DNA from: Vicinamibacteria bacterium
GTDB lineage: Bacteria; Acidobacteriota; Vicinamibacteria; Vicinamibacterales; UBA8438
Assembly: GCA_963578805.1 (NCBI GenBank)
Contig: CAUZDY010000014.1
Coordinates: 514 to 64,513 of the forward strand
Length of the DNA stretch: 64,000 bases
Direction: 5' to 3'
In this document: positions 46,970-56,555 of the stretch, piece after piece
How the letters are laid out: each line of letters begins with the position of its first letter
How positions within the stretch are numbered: position 1 is the first letter of the stretch
Notes under the pieces: generated by a model
Seen by the model: only the letters and a program-made list of their open reading frames with translations
Databases searched by the model: none
What the model was told of the DNA's origin: nothing
Program-made: the position numbers and the translations under genes

Positions 46970-47680
46970 TTAGAACTCGTCAAGAATCGCGAGGAACGCC
47001 TTCCAGTCTGTGAGATCTGGAAGCACCGCCGTGGCACCTTTTTGCTCGAGGGTCTGCACATCGAACAACCCGGTAGCCACGGCAATCGACCGCGCGCCGG
47101 CCGCTGTCGCACAGCGGATGTCGAGCGGCGTGTCGCCGATGACCACGACTTGTGCTGGGGAACGCACTATAGCCCCAGCCGTACGAGCGCGACCCACCGC
47201 TACCGGGACAAGGTCGTCGCGCTGGGCCGCGTCATCACCATACGCGCCGCACACGAAGAAGGGCCACAGCCTAAAATATTCCAGCTTGATCCGTGCAGCA
47301 CGCGCGAAGTTTCCGGTCAGCAGGCCGACACACAGCTCGGGCTGATGATGCACCTTTTTGAGTAACTCTTCGACACCTGGCATGAGGCCCTTTCTCGGCC
47401 CTGGCTGGAGGATCTCGTGCTCGAGAAGGTCACAATATCGATCATGGAAGCGTCGTCGCTGGACTCTGTCGAGTACGACTCCGATCCGAGCCGTGGCGTC
47501 ATTGAGTAGCAGCGGATCGGTCCGGCCCGCGACTGGGATCCCGTCGAACGCGTTCGCAGTTCCGAGCAGATCTAGAAAGGCCTGATTGAGCGCACGCAGA
47601 CCGGCTCCGCCAGACAGCAGCAGCGTCCCGTCGATGTCGAAGAGAAGAAGTCTCAGGTGCCCCGTACGATGCCCACTCAC
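46970..47680 (-). CDS. HAD family hydrolase
   Basis: LFDIDGTL, LLTGN and VIGDTPLDI. Confidence 0.9.
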   Translation of the reverse strand: MSGHRTGHLRLLLFDIDGTLLLSGGAGLRALNQAFLDLLGTANAFDGIPVAGRTDPLLLNDATARIGVVLDRVQRRRFHDRYCDLLEHEILQPGPRKGLMPGVEELLKKVHHQPELCVGLLTGNFARAARIKLEYFRLWPFFVCGAYGDDAAQRDDLVPVAVGRARTAGAIVRSPAQVVVIGDTPLDIRCATAAGARSIAVATGLFDVQTLEQKGATAVLPDLTDWKAFLAILDEF

Positions 47681-48171
47681 GAATGCGATGTCGACTCGGC
47701 TGAAGCCAGAAGTGTATCGACCTCCTCCACGACGCGCGAGCTCACAACCATGGCTCCGACCTCTGCCCGAAGCGCCATGACATTCGTGGCGATCGCCGAG
47801 ACGGCAAGCATGGAGTGGATGAATATGGGAAGGACGCCGGTATCGACACCACCACCGACGATCGCCGTGGTCATGGTCAGAAGCATGGCGACCGTCGAGA
47901 TCGAGAAGACCGGCTTCCGAGCACGCACCACCTTCGCGTAGAGTTCGGGCGAAAGGTTGCCCTCAGTCACGGCTTCGCGGACTGCCTTACCCTTACCGAT
48001 GAGATAGAACATCGTCATCGAATGGGCCAGTAACGTGATCAGTGTGAAGAAGATGCCGAAGCTGACGTGACGGGAGACCTCAACGGAACTCGCAGCCACA
48101 AACCCGATAGTGGCGGAAAAAATCAGTCCTGCGAGACCGAGTACAGTGATAGTGATGAGGGCAGCGGACAC
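47677..48171 (-). CDS. Conserved hypothetical membrane protein (4 TM)
   Basis: Four hydrophobic segments; LLAHSMTMFYLIGKGK; overlaps the HAD start. Confidence 0.75.
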   Translation of the reverse strand: MSAALITITVLGLAGLIFSATIGFVAASSVEVSRHVSFGIFFTLITLLAHSMTMFYLIGKGKAVREAVTEGNLSPELYAKVVRARKPVFSISTVAMLLTMTTAIVGGGVDTGVLPIFIHSMLAVSAIATNVMALRAEVGAMVVSSRVVEEVDTLLASAESTSHS

Positions 48172-48183
48172 CTGTCGATCATA

Positions 48184-48723
48184 TCAGCCACCGCCCGGGC
48201 GCCGCACGAGAAGACCGGCCTCCGCAGCGGGGGCGCTGCGCTCCTCATAAACCCAGAGGTCCCAGTCGGCGAACACCCCTCGCAACTCTCCTGGTCGTAG
48301 GAGATGCTTGGATGACCGCGGCCCCCACTCGTAGAAGCATTGCTCAGCCGTAAAGGTCTCATACAGTACAAAGCCGCGTGGCGCGACGGCCTGTTGGAGT
48401 CGAGACCACAACGTTCGCTGCAGATATCGCGTGCAGAGGACCACGTCGAAGCGACCTTTGGGGAGGGGGCACAACTCAAGATCGGCTACCCAGAAACATG
48501 GGTTATACCCTCCCACTCGAAGCCGGCGCAGAGCCTGACCGACTCGCTCGTAGTCGCAGTCGACGCCGAACACACGAAACCCGGATTCCGCGAGAGCCGC
48601 GGCATGCCGACCGGAACCCATCGCGACATCCAGCGCCGTAGGTCGAGAACCGAGGGCTGGACGAAGATCGCTCAGACAGCGCAGAACGAATGGTGAGGCC
48701 GTCCGCGAATCACTGCCCCCCAT
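48184..48723 (-). CDS. Class I SAM-dependent methyltransferase (TehB-like)
   Basis: ALDVAMGSGRHA, FDVVLCTRYLQR and LLRPGEL. Confidence 0.85.
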   Translation of the reverse strand: MGGSDSRTASPFVLRCLSDLRPALGSRPTALDVAMGSGRHAAALAESGFRVFGVDCDYERVGQALRRLRVGGYNPCFWVADLELCPLPKGRFDVVLCTRYLQRTLWSRLQQAVAPRGFVLYETFTAEQCFYEWGPRSSKHLLRPGELRGVFADWDLWVYEERSAPAAEAGLLVRRPGGG

Positions 48724-49558
48724 GAATAACACTGTGGGCAACGACCAGCCGCTGAAGCAACGGAATGAACGCCTCTTGTGGAACACCGACCGACCCGAGG
48801 CTGGACGCACGATGATGGTCGTCACCGTGAAAATCTGAGCCCCCGCTGACGGCAAGATCGTGCTGAACCGCGAGTTGCCGATAGTGTTTTTTGGCCAAGC
48901 GGTCGTGCTCGGGGTGATACACCTCGATGGCAGCTAAACCGGCCTTGGCAAGGCTGGGAACCAGATGGTCTCGATTCAGCAGCCTCGGGTGGGCGATCGA
49001 GCAGACCCCTCCGGCTCTCGAGATAAGGCGTACGACGTCAGCGGGTGACGACCCAGTCCGAGGGACGTACGCGGTCCGACCATCCCCAATCCAGCGATCG
49101 AACGCCTCGCGAAGGCTGTTCGCGTGGCCCGCGGCGACCAAGGCGCGTGCGAGCAGTGGGCGTGCCACCGATCGCCCTTCTGCCACGGCTGACTCGACTA
49201 TCGGTTCGATTGCGATCGGAACGCCGAGTTCATCCAGTTTCTCGGATATCGCACGCGCACGCGTAATCCTGTCGTCGCGCTGAGAGTGTAGAAACGATTC
49301 AAGCGCCGGAGGTGAAGGGTCCAAAAAATATCCTAGTAGGTGGACATCCCGTTGATCGAGCACTGCGGTGATCTCGACGCCGGGCAGAAATTCTAGTCCG
49401 AGTTCAGAGGCTGCCCTGGCAGCGGCCGGAACCCCAGCCATGGTGTCATGGTCTGTAACGCTCAGAGTCCGAACGCCGGCATCATGAGCCCGGGCGACAA
49501 GATCGGCAGGAGCGAGTCGGCCATCCGAGGCGGTTGTGTGTAGGTGAAGATCGATCAC
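48710..49558 (-). CDS. PHP domain phosphoesterase
   Basis: IDLHLHTTASDG, SVTDHDT, GVEIT, VHLLGY, IAHP and GGSDFHG. Confidence 0.92.
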   Translation of the reverse strand: MIDLHLHTTASDGRLAPADLVARAHDAGVRTLSVTDHDTMAGVPAAARAASELGLEFLPGVEITAVLDQRDVHLLGYFLDPSPPALESFLHSQRDDRITRARAISEKLDELGVPIAIEPIVESAVAEGRSVARPLLARALVAAGHANSLREAFDRWIGDGRTAYVPRTGSSPADVVRLISRAGGVCSIAHPRLLNRDHLVPSLAKAGLAAIEVYHPEHDRLAKKHYRQLAVQHDLAVSGGSDFHGDDHHRASSLGSVGVPQEAFIPLLQRLVVAHSVIHGGQ

Positions 49559-49568
49559 ATTATCGGAC

Positions 49569-50543
49569 CTATGCCGTGGCGCGGCGCCTCCTCTTGGTGG
49601 GCCGAGGCCGGTCCTTCGACTGACGCTGGGCGAGCGCCCGATACTCCCGGATGAGCAGTTCGAGATGCTCGCGCTCTTCGTCGGCAAACTCGAGAAAAAT
49701 CTGCTTCCCCTCGGAATCCTCGAACCGCTCACCGTAACGTCGAAAAAAACGGTGGGAACCACGTTCGCATCGGATCCCGATCAGCAGTGCCTCCCTGTCG
49801 TCTACGCCCTTCTTTAGCTCGTCTGCACCGGCCGCGAACAGTCCGTTTGCGGCGCCTTTGAAGAAAAGAAACGTCGGGCGAGACTCAAGCCCAGGGTCTT
49901 GGCCCAACAGTTCCTGGTACCGTAACTCAAGCTTGCCGAGGTGATCTTTTTCTTCTTCGGCCAACCGCTTAAAAACGCGTCGTCCGCGCTTGTCCTTCGT
50001 CACTTGAGCTGCGCGCGTGTAGAACTCCAGGCCGCTGCGCTCTGTGGCTATCGCGATCCTCAGGGCATCGCGCGCAAAGAGAAGCTCGGTCGGCACCGGT
50101 CCTCCAGGCTCACTCCGGCCCGTCTGGCACTCGTCACAGGTTCCGTATACCTGGACAACACTCTGGCGTGAAGCAAATCGCCGGGCGCTCGATATCTCCT
50201 CGATTAATGACTCGATATCCGAGCTAAGAAACTCAAATGACCGATTGCAAGTCTTGCAAATGAGATGAAAATGACGGGGATGGCGGTAAGAATGCTCGAA
50301 ACGGAAACGTCCTTCGCCGAAATCGACCTTCCGCGCGATTCCGGCCTCCACCATCCACTGGAGTGTCCGGTAGACAGTGGCGCGGCTGATCTTCTGGTCC
50401 TCTGACTTGATCAGACCGACAAGGTCATCGGCGCTCAGGTGCCCTTCCTGACGAAGGAACACATCGACGATTAACTCACGCTTTGTCGACCGCCGACTGC
50501 CGGGCGGTCTGAGACGCTCAATGTACTCCGACTGCGGTTCCAT
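49569..50543 (-). CDS. Fur-family regulator fused to a rubrerythrin/ferritin-like domain
   Basis: HLSADDL, SRATVYRTL, HFHLICKTC, CDEC; then ERSG...EEKDH and ERGS...EEREH di-iron pairs. Confidence 0.9.
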   Translation of the reverse strand: MEPQSEYIERLRPPGSRRSTKRELIVDVFLRQEGHLSADDLVGLIKSEDQKISRATVYRTLQWMVEAGIARKVDFGEGRFRFEHSYRHPRHFHLICKTCNRSFEFLSSDIESLIEEISSARRFASRQSVVQVYGTCDECQTGRSEPGGPVPTELLFARDALRIAIATERSGLEFYTRAAQVTKDKRGRRVFKRLAEEEKDHLGKLELRYQELLGQDPGLESRPTFLFFKGAANGLFAAGADELKKGVDDREALLIGIRCERGSHRFFRRYGERFEDSEGKQIFLEFADEEREHLELLIREYRALAQRQSKDRPRPTKRRRRATA

Positions 50544-50658
50544 TTCGCTTGATAGTAAAGGTCATCGAGCGACCAACGCTCGGCGCGAGCACCTCCAGTG
50601 GGACCTAGCCGTGGCCGGCACCATACTCCGGGCAACGAAAGGTTCGCCGAAAAGCGCG

Positions 50659-51012
50659 CTATACTCCGAATGACTGACCGCAACCACAGGTCGTCTTGGC
50701 GGTAGGGTTCTTGATTGTGAACCCACCGCCGGTCAGGTTGTCGACGAAGTCGACCTCTGCACCGGCCAGATACCGGACGCTAATGGGATCGACGAAAACC
50801 TTGACCCCATTCGAGGCGAAAATTTGATCGGTGTCGCCGTCGCCAACACTCTCCTCGATCATCAGGCCATACTGAAACCCAGAGCATCCGCCACCCTGCA
50901 CAAACACCCGGAGCCCGGCGGTCGACTTGTTGTCCTCCGACAGCAGCTGCGAGATCCTACTCGCTGCCTCATCGGTCACACTGATCGGTGTCTCTATCGC
51001 TGTCACTGTCAT
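50659..51012 (-). CDS. erpA: A-type Fe-S carrier (ErpA/IscA/HesB)
   Basis: LRVFVQGGGCSGFQY...VDF...CGCGQSF. Confidence 0.9.
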   Translation of the reverse strand: MTVTAIETPISVTDEAASRISQLLSEDNKSTAGLRVFVQGGGCSGFQYGLMIEESVGDGDTDQIFASNGVKVFVDPISVRYLAGAEVDFVDNLTGGGFTIKNPTAKTTCGCGQSFGV

Positions 51013-51037
51013 TTTATTTCCTCTTCGATTCCTTATG

Positions 51038-51067
51038 ATTATACTGACGGTCTTCGAAGACCCACAA
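51038..51067 (-). promoter_or_regulatory. erpA promoter (TATAAT -10) with a 14-bp palindrome GGTCTTCGAAGACC (51049-51062) in the spacer
   Basis: Perfect -10, weak TTGTGG -35 at 18 nt, perfect palindrome. Confidence 0.55.
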
Positions 51068-51118
51068 GGCCACGGCTAAACATTAGACGCCGTCATCGTA
51101 TTAAGTTCTTTTCCGAAA

Positions 51119-52075
51119 ATGACTTACCGACTATCTGCATGTTGCGATCTCGAGGCAGCCGAACACCAATGGCACGCAACCCTCGCCCGGCGGCCTGACC
51201 TTGAGCCAGCGATCGTGCTGCAGCGTCGGCTTGTAACTCGAAGCCAGGAGCTGGCAGCAATCGTCAACAAAAAACTCCCTGCAACGCTCGACCTCACCCC
51301 CGCACAGAGTGCCGAAAAGCTGCGCCGTCATACTCCCATTCTGGTAGGTGAGGCGATCGTGGTCGATGCTCAACCGATGGTTCCTTTCGTGCTGGGCTTC
51401 TGCGAGGACCTGTTATCAGGCGAGGCCGGAGGGGCGGCAGGCCGGCTAGGGGAAACCCTCGCACGCGGGGAGATTGACATCGGGTCACTCATGGCGGCTT
51501 CGCTCGGACGACAGCAGGAAGCGATTCGTAGCAAGGCACATCATGTGGGTGTTGCGCCGGACCTGCTCTGGCTCGTGGCCGAGCTGGCATCCGGACCGAT
51601 CGCGTACCGTCTCCAACGACAACTCCTCACCGATCTCCCCGAGCAAGAGGACAAGCTCCGTCTGGCAACTGATAGGTGGGATCACGGATTCTGTGCCGCC
51701 TGCGGGTCGTGGCCTGCCTTCGGCGAACGGATTAAACCAACGACGAGACGGTCGCTCCGATGCTCCTTCTGTGGCTCTGCATGGACACCCAGACTCCGGC
51801 ACTGCATTTATTGCGACAAGGCCGGCGCTTCACTGATCACCGCCGCGGTTGAGCCTGAACAACCGTCGCGACACCTTGAGCTCTGCCGGCAGTGTGGTGG
51901 TTATCTCAAGTGCATCGCCGTCCGGCGACCGACGGCGTTCGCGCTGCTCCCGGTCGAGGATCTCTCAACCTGCGATCTGGACGTCAGTGCGGTCGAACAG
52001 GGATACATCCGCCCCGCCATGCACACCTTTGTAACGGGTGCCAATCTACCTTGCCCCCCTCCTGTCGTGACATAG
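51119..52075 (+). CDS. fdhE: Formate dehydrogenase accessory protein FdhE
   Basis: CAACGSWP, RSLRCSFCGSAW, CIYC and CRQCGGYLK. Confidence 0.88.
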   Translation: MTYRLSACCDLEAAEHQWHATLARRPDLEPAIVLQRRLVTRSQELAAIVNKKLPATLDLTPAQSAEKLRRHTPILVGEAIVVDAQPMVPFVLGFCEDLLSGEAGGAAGRLGETLARGEIDIGSLMAASLGRQQEAIRSKAHHVGVAPDLLWLVAELASGPIAYRLQRQLLTDLPEQEDKLRLATDRWDHGFCAACGSWPAFGERIKPTTRRSLRCSFCGSAWTPRLRHCIYCDKAGASLITAAVEPEQPSRHLELCRQCGGYLKCIAVRRPTAFALLPVEDLSTCDLDVSAVEQGYIRPAMHTFVTGANLPCPPPVVT

Positions 52076-52115
52076 GTCTCCTCACCGTCTCAAGAACCAT
52101 ATAATTCGTATCACG

Positions 52116-52877
52116 GTGAGAACGATAATGCGACACTGCAAAGATCGGCTTCCAGGCCGTGCGGCCGCCGCCGCAGTCGCGGCCGTAGTGCTGCTGGTGG
52201 GTGTTTCGTCTTGGTCCGCGCGAGCCGTCGCTCAGACAGACATCGATCCTGCGCTCGTCAGGGCACGACGCTACCTCGTACCGCACGGACGACTGTTTCC
52301 ACCGGAGGACCTAGGCCTCCTTGAGGGCCCAGACCGTGACGCCTGGCAGCAGCCTGAGCAAGTGATGGACGCACTCGGTATCGCCGACGGTGCGAGCGTT
52401 GCCGACCTCGGTGCTGGTGGTGGCTGGTTCACCGTGCGGCTGTCACGTCGCGTGGGTCCGCATGGACGGGTGTACGCTGAAGACATCCAGCCCCAGATGA
52501 TCGAATCGATTGCGAGACGGGTGACGAGAGAAGGACTTACAAACGTGATGACGGTCCTCGGGTTATCAAACGACCCGCGACTACCGACTGGCCTTGACGC
52601 CGTCCTGATCGTGTCCACATACCCAGAAATGACCGACCCCGTTGCCCTCCTGGGTAATGCAGCCGCGTCACTGAAGCCTAACGGTCGTATCGGAATTATA
52701 GATTTCAGACTTGAAGGAGGAGGCCCCGGACCTCCTCCTGACGAGCGGGTAGAACCCAATGCGGTTATTCGGGATGCCGAGCGCGCGGGCCTCCAGCTGC
52801 TCGCTCGAGAGGAGTTCCTGACGTATCAATACTTTCTAGTCTTCGGCCATCCCGGCTCCGACCGGCCGGCCTTGTAG
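52116..52877 (+). CDS. Class I SAM-dependent methyltransferase with signal peptide
   Basis: RDAWQQPEQVM, VADLGAGGGWF, VYAEDIQ and LKPNGRIGIIDF. Confidence 0.88.
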   Translation: MRTIMRHCKDRLPGRAAAAAVAAVVLLVGVSSWSARAVAQTDIDPALVRARRYLVPHGRLFPPEDLGLLEGPDRDAWQQPEQVMDALGIADGASVADLGAGGGWFTVRLSRRVGPHGRVYAEDIQPQMIESIARRVTREGLTNVMTVLGLSNDPRLPTGLDAVLIVSTYPEMTDPVALLGNAAASLKPNGRIGIIDFRLEGGGPGPPPDERVEPNAVIRDAERAGLQLLAREEFLTYQYFLVFGHPGSDRPAL

Positions 52878-52909
52878 CCGTGACTCCCGGTGACGTCTCG
52901 TGAACAGCA

Positions 52910-53743
52910 ATGACAACAGCGCTGACGATTGCCGGTAGTGACTCCGGCGCGGGCGCTGGAATTCAGGCCGATCTCAAGACCTTCGCCGCCCATGAAGTGT
53001 ACGGCGTGTGCGCCATCACCGCAGTTACGGCTCAGAACGCCCTTGACGTCACAGCCGTGCACAACATACCGGCCGATGTGGTCAGTGCCCAGATCGCAGC
53101 CGTGGTCGGTAGCTTCGGTGTCAATGCCGCCAAGACAGGGATGCTTGCCCATCGAAGCATTGTCGACGTGGTGGCGACCTGTATCGATGAACTCAACATC
53201 CCGTCGGTCGTTGTAGATCCAGTGATCATCTCAACGAGTGGGCACCGACTGCTAGACGCCGATGGCCTTGAGGCGCTCCGGACGAAATTGCTGCCGAGGG
53301 CCTGCTGTATCACGCCGAACCGAATGGAGGCCGAGCTGATTGCCCGCCGCTCGATTGATTCGCTTGCTGATGCACGAGATGCCGCACGACGAATCGTCGA
53401 CCTTGGCGCCGGCGCGGTCGTTGTCACCGGTGGACACCTCCCGACTGAGGAGGTGATTGACATCTTCTATGACGGCCATGACCTCATCGAGTTTTCTGGA
53501 CCCCGTCTCATACGGGCAAACAGTCACGGAAGTGGTTGCACATTCAGCGCCGCGATCACTGCGGCCCTGTCTAGAAACCAGCCCCTCGCCCTCGCCGTCG
53601 ATGCCGCGAAGTCCTACGTCTGCCAGGCGATTCGGCACGGGTCAGCGGTCGGTACCGGAACGAGCGTCCTCGCGCACTTTGCGAATGGTGTGCCGAGCGG
53701 TCGCCACGGGAGTGGGGACGGCCGCGGCAACGGCAATCTCTGA
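52910..53743 (+). CDS. thiD: Hydroxymethylpyrimidine/phosphomethylpyrimidine kinase
   Basis: LTIAGSDSGAGAGIQADLKT, KTGML, VVDPV, TPNRMEA and HGSGCTFSAA. Confidence 0.95.
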   Translation: MTTALTIAGSDSGAGAGIQADLKTFAAHEVYGVCAITAVTAQNALDVTAVHNIPADVVSAQIAAVVGSFGVNAAKTGMLAHRSIVDVVATCIDELNIPSVVVDPVIISTSGHRLLDADGLEALRTKLLPRACCITPNRMEAELIARRSIDSLADARDAARRIVDLGAGAVVVTGGHLPTEEVIDIFYDGHDLIEFSGPRLIRANSHGSGCTFSAAITAALSRNQPLALAVDAAKSYVCQAIRHGSAVGTGTSVLAHFANGVPSGRHGSGDGRGNGNL

Positions 53744-53772
53744 CGAGAGGCCGGAGTAGGTTTAGGAACGGC

Positions 53773-53781
53773 TGTTATACT
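53773..53781 (+). promoter_or_regulatory. Extended -10 promoter (TGT-TATACT), leaderless moaE
   Basis: TGn-TATACT, then 6 nt, then ATG 53788; no SD. Confidence 0.6.
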
Positions 53782-53787
53782 CAAAAA

Positions 53788-54282
53788 ATGGCGACTTCGC
53801 AGTTCCTCATTACACAGGAGGCGCTTGACGTGAACCGAGTCCTTCAAACGGTTTACGAAATCGTAAAAGACACGTCGAACCCGAACGGGGCCGTCACATC
53901 GTTTTTAGGTCAGGTAAGAGGCCAAAACCTAGGAAAACAGGTTTTGCGACTGGAGTACGAGGCGTACGAACCGCTCGCGATTAAGACCTTCGAGCAGATC
54001 GCGGCAGAATCTCGGGACCAATGGCCAGGCATCGCCATCGCACTGCATCATCGTCTCGGAACACTAGCGGTCGGTGAGACCAGTGTCGCAATCGCGGCCG
54101 CCTCTCCCCACCGTGGCGAGTCGTTTGCCGGCTGTCGCTACGCGATCGAGCGGATCAAGCAGATTGCCCCAATCTGGAAACACGAGTTTTTCGATGGCGG
54201 AGACGTGTGGATTGAGGGTGCCACGGCAGATCCGGATGACGAGGGCGCGCGTGAAGACGCGTATCGACGCGCATGCAGGTAA
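53788..54282 (+). CDS. moaE: Molybdopterin synthase catalytic subunit
   Basis: GAVTSFLGQVR, LEYEAY, HRLGTL, SPHR and IKQIAPIWKHE. Confidence 0.95.
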   Translation: MATSQFLITQEALDVNRVLQTVYEIVKDTSNPNGAVTSFLGQVRGQNLGKQVLRLEYEAYEPLAIKTFEQIAAESRDQWPGIAIALHHRLGTLAVGETSVAIAAASPHRGESFAGCRYAIERIKQIAPIWKHEFFDGGDVWIEGATADPDDEGAREDAYRRACR

Positions 54283-54545
54283 CAGTCAGACTGTTTGCAC
54301 GCCTCAGAGATATTGCGGGTGCAAGCGAGTTGCATCGAGAGCTTCCAGACGGCTCGACGGCGAGAGTCCTGTGGAATTCGTTGGCAACCGAACACGCGGA
54401 CTTGGCAGGATATAGAGGTGGCGTCGCGACGGCCATTAATGAAGAGTACGCAAAGATGGACCACACCCTGTCCGACGGCGATGAGGTGGCATTCTTGCCC
54501 CCAGTGTCAGGAGGATCACAACACCGCTCGCACGTGAGGCCGTGA
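54273..54545 (+). CDS. moaD: Molybdopterin synthase sulfur carrier with a 9-aa C-terminal extension
   Basis: VRLFARLRD...AINEEY...[13 protein letters not shown], then SQHRSHVRP. Confidence 0.9.
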   Translation: MQVTVRLFARLRDIAGASELHRELPDGSTARVLWNSLATEHADLAGYRGGVATAINEEYAKMDHTLSDGDEVAFLPPVSGGSQHRSHVRP

Positions 54546-55630
54546 CCAAAATGTTAGACAAGCTCAACGCGGTCGAGGCGCGATACGACGAACTGATGGC
54601 CCTGGTCAGCACTGTCACGGTGCAGTCTAATCCGAACAAGTACCGCAAGCACACCAAAGCGTTATCGGAGATTCAGGGCCTCGTGGAGACCTACAGAGAA
54701 TACAAGGCGGTCGTCGAAGAGGCGGCTCAGGCCCATGAGCTTACCGAGGGAACCGGCGAGGATCCCGAATTCCAAGAACTCGCCCGCCTAGAGCTAACCG
54801 CACTGGAGCAGCGCCGAGATGCACTCATCGCCGAGCTCAAGGTTCTTCTTCTTCCGAAAGATCAAAACGACGAGCGCAATGTCGTCCTAGAGATCAGAGC
54901 CGGAACAGGCGGTGACGAGGCCGGGCTGTTTGCCGCCGACCTGTTTCGCATGTACTTGCGCTTTGCGGAAAACCAGGGATGGCGGGTCGAGGTGCTCTCG
55001 TCACACGAGACGGGTGTTGGTTCGCTCAAGGAAATCGTGGCGCTGATTGAGGGTCAGCGCGTCTATAGCCGTTTAAAATACGAAAGTGGGGTTCACCGAG
55101 TCCAACGGGTACCGGCCACCGAAGCCAGTGGCCGCATTCATACATCGACAGCGACCGTCGCGGTGTTACCAGAAGCCGAGGAGGTCGACATTCAAATAGA
55201 CCCCAAGGACCTTAGAATTGACACGTTCTGTTCGAGTGGACCAGGAGGTCAAAGCGTCAACACCACTTATTCGGCGGTCCGAATCACCCACCTCCCGACC
55301 AATCTCGTGGTGTCACAGCAGGACGAAAAATCGCAGATCAAGAACAAAGCGAAGGCGATGAAAGTGTTGCGCTCCCGACTGTATGAGATCGAAATGAAGC
55401 GACAGCAGGACGAAATCGCTCAGGACCGCCGGACGCAGGTCGGAAGCGGTGAACGGGCGGAAAAGATTCGTACCTACAACTTTTCACAAAATCGGGTGAC
55501 CGACCACCGAATTGGTTTCACGACCCATCGACTGTCACAGATGCTCGACGGCGATGTGAACGAGATGATCAATACGTTGTCGACGCACTATCAGTCCGCG
55601 CAACTCAGGAAAGACAAGATCGCCACATGA
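54542..55630 (+). CDS. prfA: Peptide chain release factor 1
   Basis: [16 protein letters not shown] (PxT), GPGGQSVN and RTYNF. Confidence 0.97.
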   Translation: MTKMLDKLNAVEARYDELMALVSTVTVQSNPNKYRKHTKALSEIQGLVETYREYKAVVEEAAQAHELTEGTGEDPEFQELARLELTALEQRRDALIAELKVLLLPKDQNDERNVVLEIRAGTGGDEAGLFAADLFRMYLRFAENQGWRVEVLSSHETGVGSLKEIVALIEGQRVYSRLKYESGVHRVQRVPATEASGRIHTSTATVAVLPEAEEVDIQIDPKDLRIDTFCSSGPGGQSVNTTYSAVRITHLPTNLVVSQQDEKSQIKNKAKAMKVLRSRLYEIEMKRQQDEIAQDRRTQVGSGERAEKIRTYNFSQNRVTDHRIGFTTHRLSQMLDGDVNEMINTLSTHYQSAQLRKDKIAT

Positions 55631-56538
55631 CGACCGTCCGCGAACATGTCGATGCGGCAAGAGCACGCCTCGTCTCGGCTGGACTCAAGCGCCAGGAGGC
55701 GGTGATCGACGCCGAGGTTCTGGCCCGAAGTGCGCTCGGATGGGATCGCGCAACCTATCTCGCGGACAGGCGAGCGGAGGCGCCGGGTGACTTTCCGAAC
55801 CAGTATCGTTCATTGTTGGAGCGCCGGGTAAGACGGGAGCCAGTCTCACTGATCACGGGACACCGTGAGTTCTGTGGACTCGACTTCGACGTGACATCGG
55901 ATGTGCTCACACCGCGTCCTGAAACGGAGATCCTCGTCGAAGCGGCTCTCGCCAGGCTCAAGGACTACAACTACACTCCGCACGTCGTCGATGTCGGCAC
56001 CGGCTCGGGATGTGTGGCCATCGTTATCGCGCAGCACACCGATGCGCGGGTGAGTGCGACCGACGTCTCAAAGGCAGCGATCGCCGTCGCAAGACGAAAC
56101 GCCGAACGTCACAACGTAAGTGAACGGATTCGATGGGTATGCGCTCCTCTCCTAGACGGTATCCCAGACACACCGGATGTGATCGTCGCTAATCTGCCCT
56201 ATATTCCCCGGTCTGACATTTCCAAACTACCCCCTGAAGTTCGATCGTTCGAGCCTCACACAGCGCTGGACGGCGGACCTGACGGTCTGCACCTGATTAC
56301 CCAGCTCATCGACGCAGCCTCTCATCGCCTCGCGGTCGGCGGCTACTTGATCGTCGAGCTTGGTCTGGGACAAACCGTCGCGTTGTCCCGGTATCTGGAG
56401 GCACGACCCGAGCTCGAAATTGTCGCGACTCATGAGGACCTCAGGGGTATCCCACGCGTCATGTCAATGCGACGTCCTGCGGCGGGTTCAGGGTACCCAG
56501 AAGGTATCGATCGTTCGACACCGCGCGCCATTGTTTAA
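55627..56538 (+). CDS. prmC: Release factor glutamine methyltransferase
   Basis: [23 protein letters not shown] and ALDGGPDG. Confidence 0.95.
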   Translation: MTTVREHVDAARARLVSAGLKRQEAVIDAEVLARSALGWDRATYLADRRAEAPGDFPNQYRSLLERRVRREPVSLITGHREFCGLDFDVTSDVLTPRPETEILVEAALARLKDYNYTPHVVDVGTGSGCVAIVIAQHTDARVSATDVSKAAIAVARRNAERHNVSERIRWVCAPLLDGIPDTPDVIVANLPYIPRSDISKLPPEVRSFEPHTALDGGPDGLHLITQLIDAASHRLAVGGYLIVELGLGQTVALSRYLEARPELEIVATHEDLRGIPRVMSMRRPAAGSGYPEGIDRSTPRAIV

Positions 56539-56555
56539 TTTAAGGTCAACCGCCG

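Noticed and set aside
52878-52909. TPP riboswitch before thiD (or thiO)
   Set aside because: The intergenic space is too short and there is no CTGAGA core.
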